Made by a program: the position numbers and the translations under genes
The notes under the pieces: model-generated
The model's input: the letters and a program-made list of their open reading frames with translations, nothing else
Told to the model about the DNA's origin: nothing
Databases searched by the model: none
Assembly (NCBI GenBank): GCA_937896905.1
Contig: CALBOE010000010.1
Location: 3,080-67,079, forward strand
DNA from: an uncultured Clostridia bacterium
Lineage (GTDB): Bacteria; Bacillota; Clostridia; Christensenellales; UBA1242
Reading direction: 5' to 3'
DNA: 64,000 nucleotides
Shown: positions 56,853 through 64,000 of the stretch, in pieces
Position numbering within the stretch: position 1 is the stretch's first letter
How the letters are laid out: each line of letters starts with the position of its first letter

Positions 56853-57293
56853 TTAAACCTTAGCAAGTTGCTTTTTTAATTTTTCGTAAAAATCCTCTTG
56901 AATTTGCTTAAATTCATGCAAAAGTGCATTAAGCTGTTCGTTTTTAGTTTTAAGGTCCTTTTCCGCTTTAATGGTATCTATAATGCCCATAACCGTGCCA
57001 GTAATCATCATTTCAACAATATGCCTAGGCGATTTATCTGCCCAAAGCGAAAAATACAACATCATAGTTTGCTTCATTTTTTTAAAAAAACTGTTTTCCT
57101 TAATTTCAACATCATGCTCCATAGCAATAGCATCGCACTTTTGTGCAAATTTTTCATACATATCATATTGCTTTTTAAAAAGGTTTAAAAGCGTTGTGTT
57201 CTCTATTTTTTTGTTAATTTTGTCTATTGCAAGCGTTCCAACCGTGGCGTCTTGATACATTCTGTTTAAAAGTTGAACTTCCTTTTTTTCCAT
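56853..57293 (-). CDS. Hypothetical all-helical protein
   Basis: 146-aa ORF with SD GGAGGA; heptad-like helical sequence; first gene of the mazF cassette. Confidence 0.5.
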   Translation of the reverse strand: MEKKEVQLLNRMYQDATVGTLAIDKINKKIENTTLLNLFKKQYDMYEKFAQKCDAIAMEHDVEIKENSFFKKMKQTMMLYFSLWADKSPRHIVEMMITGTVMGIIDTIKAEKDLKTKNEQLNALLHEFKQIQEDFYEKLKKQLAKV

Positions 57294-57364
57294 AATTCCT
57301 CCAACGTTAGTGTTTGCGCAATGTTAAGAATTATTCATCAATACTAAAGTTAAACAAAGCATTT

Positions 57365-57448
57365 GGGGCTTGCTTTGCGGAGTTGCAACTCCGCAAAAAA
57401 AGGCGACAATTGTCGCCTTTTAGCAGAGGGCCGCTCTGCGCAAGCCCC
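57365..57448. other. GC-rich cloverleaf-like element: 9-bp outer stem enclosing three hairpins, the middle one acting as a terminator
   Basis: GGGGCTTGC (57365-73) / GCAAGCCCC (57440-48); hairpins 57377-94 (18-nt perfect palindrome), 57402-17 (16-nt perfect palindrome flanked by A7 and T4), 57423-39. Confidence 0.55.
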
Positions 57449-57456
57449 CATTAACC

Positions 57457-58401
57457 CTAAATTCCAAAAAAGGTTAACAAATAACCAATAATTAAACTAG
57501 GAACAACCATAACTGCTAAAATAAAAATATTTTCTTTCGGTTTTTTGTGTTGTTTTAACAATATAACTAATCCCAAGCCAGCATTAACACACAACCCCGC
57601 TAGCAATGCGCCAAACGAAAAGCCTGCGTTCATTAAAAATAATTCGGTTAATGCGGCGCTAGAAGCACAATTTGGAATTATACCAATAAGCACTGCAAGC
57701 AAAGGCTGCAAATACCACACTTTATTCACAAAATTAATAAGCGCAGTTTCACCAATCCAAATGTGGGTTGCAAAACTTAACAAAACATTAACAGCAAGAA
57801 TAAATGCGCCCATTTTTAAACTATGAAGGATTGGGTGGAGCCAATCAAAAGATTTAGTTTCAACATTATGTTTGCAACAACCGCCATGCATCAAAAGTTC
57901 ATTTTCACTCTCTTCATTATGGTGTTCATGCTTATGCTCATGCTCTTCCATTTTTTCATGCAATTCCACAGAAATTTCTTTTAACGGCGTTTTATTTTTA
58001 AACACCAACTTATGTAGCGCAAGTGCTAAATACCCAATTCCTATTCCAAGCACAATTTTAACCGCAATAAGCGCCAACAACCAAGGCCACTTGCTTGGAT
58101 TTGCTATCATAAGCGGAATTGCTTCGTCACTCGTTGCAATATACACCGCCACCAAAGTTCCAACGCCAACTGCACCTTTGGTGAATAAATCTGTCATAAC
58201 CACAGAAATTCCACATTGTGGAACACAACCAACCACGGAACCTATAACCGGCCCCGCCTTTCCTTTAAAAACTTTGTTCTTATGAATTTTATGTGCGTAT
58301 TTATATTCAAATAATTCAATTAAATAATAAACAACAAAAAGAAGTGGCAAAATTTTTGCCGTATGGATTAATGATTCAAGAAAAACGTGCCAATATTCCA
58401 T
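57457..58401 (-). CDS. ArsP_2-family putative 10-TM heavy-metal exporter
   Basis: GCVPQCGISV and IATSDEAIPLMI motifs as I recall the family; His/Cys-rich central loop HEKMEEHEHKHEHHNEE...HGGCCKHN. Confidence 0.6.
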   Translation of the reverse strand: MEYWHVFLESLIHTAKILPLLFVVYYLIELFEYKYAHKIHKNKVFKGKAGPVIGSVVGCVPQCGISVVMTDLFTKGAVGVGTLVAVYIATSDEAIPLMIANPSKWPWLLALIAVKIVLGIGIGYLALALHKLVFKNKTPLKEISVELHEKMEEHEHKHEHHNEESENELLMHGGCCKHNVETKSFDWLHPILHSLKMGAFILAVNVLLSFATHIWIGETALINFVNKVWYLQPLLAVLIGIIPNCASSAALTELFLMNAGFSFGALLAGLCVNAGLGLVILLKQHKKPKENIFILAVMVVPSLIIGYLLTFFGI

Positions 58402-58498
58402 AATACCTCTTATGCCATAACAACTGTTTAAATTGCTAATTTTATTGGCACATTATAACATAACAGTTGCAATTTGGCAATCGTTAAAAGTTAATATT

Positions 58499-59005
58499 TT
58501 AAATAAATCTGCAACAAAAACAAGCCAATATTGCACAAACAACATTGCAAACTAAAGCAATGGGAATTGTAAGCAATGTTTTTTTAACTTTTGTTGAAGC
58601 AAAATAAATGCTGCTAACATAAAAAATTGTATCGCTACTGCCCATAATAACACTGGCGCATTTGCCAATGTAACTATCTACCCCATAAGTGGAAAAAATA
58701 TCACGCAAAAGCACGTATGAAGCATTGGAACTAAATGGCCTTATTATACTCAACTCACACACTTCTGGAGGAATGCCAATAAAGCGAAAAACCGGCGCTA
58801 AAAAGTTGCACAAATAAGCACTTAAGCCGCTATTTCTAAATAATTCCACCGCCACAAACATTGCAATAATGTAAGGCATTAAGCTTGCCATTAACGGCAA
58901 TGCACCTTTTGCTCCATTAACGAAACTAGAATATGCATCAACGCCTTTAATTAAGGCATAAATCATAATAAAGGATATTAATATAGGAATAAACAAATCA
59001 GCCAT
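58499..59005 (-). CDS. spmB: Spore maturation protein B (nucleoside-recognition/Gate domain)
   Basis: Start set at MADLFIPIL (ATG 59005); membrane protein paired with spmA, 8-nt overlap. Confidence 0.7.
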   Translation of the reverse strand: MADLFIPILISFIMIYALIKGVDAYSSFVNGAKGALPLMASLMPYIIAMFVAVELFRNSGLSAYLCNFLAPVFRFIGIPPEVCELSIIRPFSSNASYVLLRDIFSTYGVDSYIGKCASVIMGSSDTIFYVSSIYFASTKVKKTLLTIPIALVCNVVCAILACFCCRFI

Positions 59006-59561
59006 TTTTTCGCCTTTTATAAATGGTTGCAACAAGCAACACACCTAAAATTGTTGGAATGAAAGTGGAAACCATTGTTGGCCACAAAACACAACTTGGG
59101 CTTACGCTTCCAGCAATGGCACGCATTCCAATAACCGTAGTTGGCAAAAGTTGAATGCCGGTTGAATTTATAACAATAAGCATAATCATGGCTCGCGTTG
59201 CTCTTTCTCCACCTTTATCAAAGCCCTGCATTGCCTTTATACCATAAGGAGTTGCTGCGCTGCCAATGCCAATAATGTTAGATGCAATATTCATGCAAAT
59301 GTTTTTTTCGGTTTCCTTGTCTGTTCTACCAAAAATAAAACGCACTGGCCTACTTAACAAACTTGATAATTTATGACTTAGCTTACAATCGTCCGCAACT
59401 TGCATAATACCCATCCAAACCGCATAAATTCCAATAAATTCAATGCACATCGTTATACCCATCTTGCTGGCTTCCATCATAGTCCCAACAATGTTTTCTG
59501 GCACAAAAATAGCCATTGCAACTAGGCTAGAAATTAGCATCACAATCCAAATTTTACTCAT
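58998..59561 (-). CDS. spmA: Spore maturation protein A (nucleoside-recognition/Gate domain)
   Basis: 187-aa membrane protein, MSKIWIVMLISS start, typical spmA-spmB pair. Confidence 0.7.
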   Translation of the reverse strand: MSKIWIVMLISSLVAMAIFVPENIVGTMMEASKMGITMCIEFIGIYAVWMGIMQVADDCKLSHKLSSLLSRPVRFIFGRTDKETEKNICMNIASNIIGIGSAATPYGIKAMQGFDKGGERATRAMIMLIVINSTGIQLLPTTVIGMRAIAGSVSPSCVLWPTMVSTFIPTILGVLLVATIYKRRKNG

Positions 59562-59661
59562 AAAAAAATGTATGCATCTTGGACGAGCTATATGTGCAAT
59601 TTAGATAAATATTAAAAGTTGAAAATAAACAAAAAAAGCACTTTAAAAGTGCCTTTATCCG

Positions 59662-60360
59662 TTAAATTGAAATGTTGTAACTGAATGCTTGGTAAATACA
59701 CAACATAATTTTATTGCATCTTTCTTCAACTGTGTTGCAACCAGAAAAGTCAATACCTTCGCTACCAATTGCGTACGCTTGGAAACTTAAAACCACGCTT
59801 TTTGCTTGATAGTCATTCCCCATTTGTTTGTGAAGCGACAATTTATCTTTTTCAACCACGGTAATTGTAGAGCCCTCTGGGCTATCAGATGGTTGAATGG
59901 CAACCGGTTTAATTAAATATCTAAATTTAACAACCGATAAATCTTCTTTTGTGTATGTAAACAAATAGTCGTTCCAAGAATCGTCATGAACATCAATGAG
60001 CGGAACAGCCAAAGCATTTTCACCAACAGTTACTTCGGTTTCTAATTCGACATCGTCTAAATTATACACTTTAACTGAATACACAACAGCAAGATAAATT
60101 GGTGCATTAGATTTGTTTGTTATGGTTAAAGGTGTTGTGTTTCCTAAACTTTGGCCAGGCACAACTACGCCACTTGTGATTAAAATTTCGCTAGATTGGT
60201 CCGCCTCAATTTTAAGGTTTGCCATTGTTATTTTACCAGATATTTTGTTGGCACTAGCACTATAATACGCAAAAACACCACCGAAAACAACAGTGGAAAT
60301 TAACAAAATTGCAAGCACGATAATTGCAGTTGTTTGCCCCGAAACTCTTTTTTTAGTCAT
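59662..60360 (-). CDS. TasA/camelysin (peptidase M73)-like secreted protein with a SipW-type signal peptide
   Basis: Start at ATG 60360; signal peptide ending GGVFAYYSASA; C-terminal NDYQAKSVVLSFQAYAIG resembles the TasA-family terminal strand. Confidence 0.6.
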   Translation of the reverse strand: MTKKRVSGQTTAIIVLAILLISTVVFGGVFAYYSASANKISGKITMANLKIEADQSSEILITSGVVVPGQSLGNTTPLTITNKSNAPIYLAVVYSVKVYNLDDVELETEVTVGENALAVPLIDVHDDSWNDYLFTYTKEDLSVVKFRYLIKPVAIQPSDSPEGSTITVVEKDKLSLHKQMGNDYQAKSVVLSFQAYAIGSEGIDFSGCNTVEERCNKIMLCIYQAFSYNISI

Positions 60361-60459
60361 ATTCTCCCCTATAATGATTGTTTGCCCAAATGCTAAAAAG
60401 GCAAAACTAATCACTTTTTATTGTAAGCAAAAATAATACTACAAGCTTTTATTTATTTT

Positions 60460-60488
60460 ATTTTAATTAATATTTTTGCCATTGTCAA
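60460..60488 (-). promoter_or_regulatory. Promoter of the TasA-like gene (TTGACA-17 nt-TAAAAT)
   Basis: Minus-strand TTGACA at 60483-60488 and TAAAAT at 60460-60465. Confidence 0.55.
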
Positions 60489-60658
60489 ACGTTTGTGCAA
60501 AATATATTAAAATTTAATTATATTTTTGCCATTGCACCTTTGTTACCTATTTTTTAAGGGATTATTTGCCTTGTTTTAACAATAAACACAAACATTTTAC
60601 TAAAAAAAGAATGGATTAAACCTATTAAAAATTTGAAAATCCCAAAAACATTTTTAAT

Positions 60659-61027
60659 TTAAGCAATATCTTGCACTAAATAATTTTTTACCAAATAAAT
60701 AAATTCGCAACATCTAGGACTCCTTTCCTTATGCCAAAAACCAGAAAGTTTATTTTTTAAGCTTGTGCCCCAAAACTTTTTAATAACACTGCGAATATCA
60801 CGTTCCACAGTGCAATCTGTTTTGTCATATTTCTTTGCAACTTTTGGGTAAACCTCCCTGCTAAACGCCCTAATTCTTCTATTTTCATTAATTAAAATAT
60901 CCATAATATCAACCAAATAGTAATATGCCATATATTTACTAGGAATTCCCAGGCCTCTAATTCGTTTTAAAAAATAATAATTGTTGCCAATTAGTTTTCT
61001 GCATTTTTCAACTTTTAAACTCACCAT
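60659..61027 (-). CDS. Stand-alone Spo0A C-terminal (DNA-binding) domain protein, no receiver domain
   Basis: GIPSKYMAYYYLVDIMDILINE...VYPKVAKKYDKTDCTVERDIRSVIKKFW is collinear with the Spo0A effector domain; 122 aa. Confidence 0.7.
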   Translation of the reverse strand: MVSLKVEKCRKLIGNNYYFLKRIRGLGIPSKYMAYYYLVDIMDILINENRRIRAFSREVYPKVAKKYDKTDCTVERDIRSVIKKFWGTSLKNKLSGFWHKERSPRCCEFIYLVKNYLVQDIA

Positions 61028-61194
61028 TTCCTCTTTTTAAATTAAATCTTTTTTAAAAAATGAATTAATGTTTGGCATTCTATCACAAAATCTTTTCAAA
61101 ATCAAGCATTTTGTACAAAATAGTTGTAATTATTTTCAATATTAAGCGAAATAAAAAAACTCACAATTTGCGGTGAGTTTTATTTATAATTTTA

Positions 61195-63348
61195 TTAATC
61201 AATTCCTTTCATAGTTAATGAAATACGTTTTTTAGCCAAGTCAACAGACAAAATTTTAACTTTAACCTTTTCCCCAACCTTCAAAACATCACTTGGGTGA
61301 GCAACGTATGCATTGCTAATTTGTGAAATGTGCACAAGTCCGTCCTGATGAACACCAATATCCACAAACGCACCAAAGTCAATAACATTTCTTACAGTTC
61401 CATCTAGCACCATATCTGGTTTAAGGTCTTCCATTGAAAGAATATCACTTCTAAGTTCTGGAAGTGGCATATTTTCACGAATATCTCTGCCTGGTTTTAA
61501 CAACTCTTTAACAATATCTTGCAAGGTTGGCACACCAACACCAATTGTTTCGGCAACCGAATTTTCACCTTTTTCATTTATTAATGCTGGCAACATACCC
61601 AACTCGCCCGCCTTAATATGTTCATTTGTTAAACCAAATAACTTTAACAATTTTTCAACAGCCGAATAGCTTTCTGGGTGAACTGCAGTGTTATCTAAAA
61701 TATTTTCGCCATCGGTAATTCTTAAGAAACCAGCACATTGTTCGTACGATTTTGGCCCCATCTTTTTAACCTTTTTAAGTTCATCACGGTTAGAAATGTG
61801 CTTAACTTGTGTGCGGTAATCCACAATATTTTCTGCCAAACTGTTCGATATGCCAGAAACATACGCAAGCAAGCTAACACTTGCAGTGTTAAGGTCTACA
61901 CCAACGCTGTTAACGCAATCTTCAACAGTGTTAGAAAGCACTTCTGTTAAACGGTTTTGTGGCATATCGTGTTGATATTGCCCAACGCCAATAGATTTAA
62001 CGTCAATTTTAATAAGTTCTGCAAGCGGATCTTGCAATCTGCGTGCAATAGAAACTGCACTACGTAGGTTTACGTCGTAATCTGGGAATTCTTTTGCCGC
62101 AAGTTTAGAGGCACTGTAAACCGAAGCGCCAGCCTCGTTTACCATTGCGTAGCTTACTTTTCTTCCGCAATTTTTAATAAGGTCTGCAACTAAAATTTCA
62201 CTTTCTTTGCTTGCCGTTCCGTTTCCTATGGCAATAATATCCACATTATTGCGATTAATCATTTCAGTTAACTTTGCCTTTGCTTGCTCCACTTTATTTT
62301 GAGGTGGAGTTGGGTGAACAACTGCAGTGTCTAACACGTCACCTTTTGTATCGATAACGGCAATTTTGCAACCATTGTAATATCCAGGATCGTAACCCAT
62401 AATAATGTTATTTTTTAATGGCGCTTGCAAAAGCAATGGTTTTAAGTTAACTTCAAACATTTTAATTGCTTGTTCGTTAGCCCTGTCGGTTAACGTGGTT
62501 CTGCATTCCCTTTCAAGAGATGGGAATAATAACCTGTCGTAACTATCTTTAATAGTATCTAAAATGATTTGATTTGTAAATTCATTTTCCTTTTTATATG
62601 CCTTTCCAATTTCTGTTAAGGTTAACTTTTCGTTAATTTCAACATTAACCTTTAAGCAATCTTCTTTTTCGCCACGGTTAAGCGCCAAAATTCTGTGGCT
62701 TGGCATTTTTGCAACTTCACCAACAAAATCTTTATAATTTTCATAGGTCTTTTCTTTATCTGCTTCTTCGTCCCAAACGGCTTTAATTTGCGCCTTCTTT
62801 GCAATAAGTTCTCGTAGCACTTTTCTTAAATTGGCATCGTCACTTATTCTTTCGGCAATAATATCCATAGCTCCTGCAATGGCTTCTTTTTCATCTTTAA
62901 CGCCCTTTTCTTCGCTAATGAATTCTTTGGCATATTCTTCAACTGGCATTGTGCATTCTTGTGCTTGAATGATATCCGCCAAAGGTTCAAGCCCTTTTGC
63001 CTGCGCCACTGTTGCACGTGTTTTTCTTTTTGGTTTGTATGGCCTATAAATATCCTCAACTTCAGTTAAGGTTAATGCTTCGGCAAGTGCTTTTGCAAGT
63101 TCGTCTGTCCATTTTTCTTGTTCCCTAATTGTTTTTTCAACTTTTTCTTTTTCTTTGTTTAGGTTGCGCAAGTAGTTGAGCCTATCTGCAAAATCTCTTA
63201 GAACTTGGTCGTCACACGCGCCGTGCATCTCCTTCCTATATCTTGCAATAAAGGGGATTGTGTTTCCCTCGTCAATCAAATTAATGATGTTTACTGAATA
63301 ATCTTCTCTTAAGTTAAATTCGTACGCTAACTGTTTTTCTATTTCCAT
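61195..63348 (-). CDS. tex: Tex-like S1 RNA-binding transcription accessory protein
   Basis: 717 aa; N-terminal IPFIARYRKE, YqgF-like centre, HhH region, C-terminal S1 domain GAFVDIGVHQDGLVHISQ. Confidence 0.9.
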   Translation of the reverse strand: MEIEKQLAYEFNLREDYSVNIINLIDEGNTIPFIARYRKEMHGACDDQVLRDFADRLNYLRNLNKEKEKVEKTIREQEKWTDELAKALAEALTLTEVEDIYRPYKPKRKTRATVAQAKGLEPLADIIQAQECTMPVEEYAKEFISEEKGVKDEKEAIAGAMDIIAERISDDANLRKVLRELIAKKAQIKAVWDEEADKEKTYENYKDFVGEVAKMPSHRILALNRGEKEDCLKVNVEINEKLTLTEIGKAYKKENEFTNQIILDTIKDSYDRLLFPSLERECRTTLTDRANEQAIKMFEVNLKPLLLQAPLKNNIIMGYDPGYYNGCKIAVIDTKGDVLDTAVVHPTPPQNKVEQAKAKLTEMINRNNVDIIAIGNGTASKESEILVADLIKNCGRKVSYAMVNEAGASVYSASKLAAKEFPDYDVNLRSAVSIARRLQDPLAELIKIDVKSIGVGQYQHDMPQNRLTEVLSNTVEDCVNSVGVDLNTASVSLLAYVSGISNSLAENIVDYRTQVKHISNRDELKKVKKMGPKSYEQCAGFLRITDGENILDNTAVHPESYSAVEKLLKLFGLTNEHIKAGELGMLPALINEKGENSVAETIGVGVPTLQDIVKELLKPGRDIRENMPLPELRSDILSMEDLKPDMVLDGTVRNVIDFGAFVDIGVHQDGLVHISQISNAYVAHPSDVLKVGEKVKVKILSVDLAKKRISLTMKGID

Positions 63349-63617
63349 AATTTTTCCTTTTAACGTTGTAGCAATTTGTTTTTTTCAAAACTTTTATAGT
63401 GTAACAAAAAAAAATAAATTAAGCAAACATTTTTTTAAACGAAAAATAAAATTAAAATATAAACTTTTAATTAAAAAATCCTGCAAAAAATTAATTTTTT
63501 ATTAAATTTTTATGATTTTTTAACGTTTTTATTGGTTTATTTGCAATTTTTTATTAATTTATTTTATTTTTACAATATTTTAACAAATAAAAAACGGACA
63601 ATTTCTGCCCGTTTATT

Positions 63618-64000
63618 TTATTTTTTAGAATTTAATTTTTGTTTGTTTAAATATTCTAGCCGCCTTAATCTTGCATCTTCTTCGCTTTGTTTTAAAAGTT
63701 TTGTTTTGTTTTTCTTATTAACTTTTTCCAAAATAGCAAAACGATTTTCCGCCTCTACAAAATCTCTATAGTTCATTGTTGGCTCGTAACTATCAACCTT
63801 CATTGGCTCCTTATTTGTTGGGTTATATCTAAACAATGTGTTGTATCCACTTTTAACAGAGTTAAAACTGTGCTGTTGGCTGTATCTCATATCGTAGCCA
63901 TGACTAACGCATGGAGCATACGCAATAATAACACTTGGTCCATTATATTTTTCTGCTTCAACAAAGGCAGAAACGCATTGATCTGGGTTTGCACCCATTG
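63618..64000 (-). CDS. nifJ: Pyruvate:ferredoxin (flavodoxin) oxidoreductase, C-terminal fragment (continues beyond the window)
   Basis: PSVIIAYAPCVSHGYDM...GYNTLFRYNP matches the PFOR C-terminal TPP-domain end; the reading frame is open to the window edge. Confidence 0.75.
   Translation of the reverse strand, partial: MGANPDQCVSAFVEAEKYNGPSVIIAYAPCVSHGYDMRYSQQHSFNSVKSGYNTLFRYNPTNKEPMKVDSYEPTMNYRDFVEAENRFAILEKVNKKNKTKLLKQSEEDARLRRLEYLNKQKLNSKK

Noticed and set aside
57365-57448. Interpreting the cloverleaf-like element as a tRNA or tRNA pseudogene
   Set aside because: It has no GTTCRANNC T-loop, no D-loop signature and no 7-nt anticodon loop. The hairpin loops are 2-5 nt.

Overview
This is an AT-rich chromosomal segment from a low-GC Gram-positive (Clostridia/Bacilli-like) bacterium using the standard genetic code. 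I call about 55 protein genes, 2 tRNAs (Leu-CAA, Ser-TGA) and a long Bacillus-type SRP RNA. No rRNA, CRISPR array, transposase, integrase or phage genes were seen.

Positions 1-43 kb are mostly housekeeping:
- lgt, glmM, ung, type-2 ileS, acpS-recX, eno-cmk, rubrerythrin, rarA, gap and polA.
- tyrS-metG downstream of a RelA/SpoT homolog.
- An asd-dapA-dapB-aspartokinase operon.
- A Bacillus-like block: mreB-like, minD, minE, an M50 protease, then rplU-prp-rpmA.
- A Ppx/GppA-like gene and rRNA-modification genes.

Positions 43-61 kb hold the unusual content, all on the minus strand:
- An 11.5-kb ORF encodes a 3842-aa membrane-anchored giant protein. It has GLUG-like motifs and 11 tandem modules of about 111-129 aa, arranged in an alternating A/B pattern.
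- Directly upstream is a Rho-like protein whose Walker A loop is destroyed.
- Upstream of that is an EndoA-type mazF with a non-canonical acidic partner.
- Further upstream are an ArsP_2-like exporter, spmAB, a TasA/camelysin-like secreted protein and a receiver-less Spo0A C-terminal-domain protein.

Other points worth a second look:
- A RelA/SpoT homolog that appears synthetase-dead, translationally coupled to an XRE regulator.
- A recurring TGnTATAAT-N6-8-ATG geometry without a Shine-Dalgarno sequence (SD) at 6-7 genes, suggesting leaderless mRNAs.
- An ileS leader terminator with no recognisable T-box motif.
- A structured 145-nt leader in front of tRNA-Leu.
- Two GC-rich multi-hairpin intergenic elements.
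- A perfect 22-bp palindrome over the giant-gene promoter.

All calls come from reading the sequence and recalling family motifs. No database search was run.
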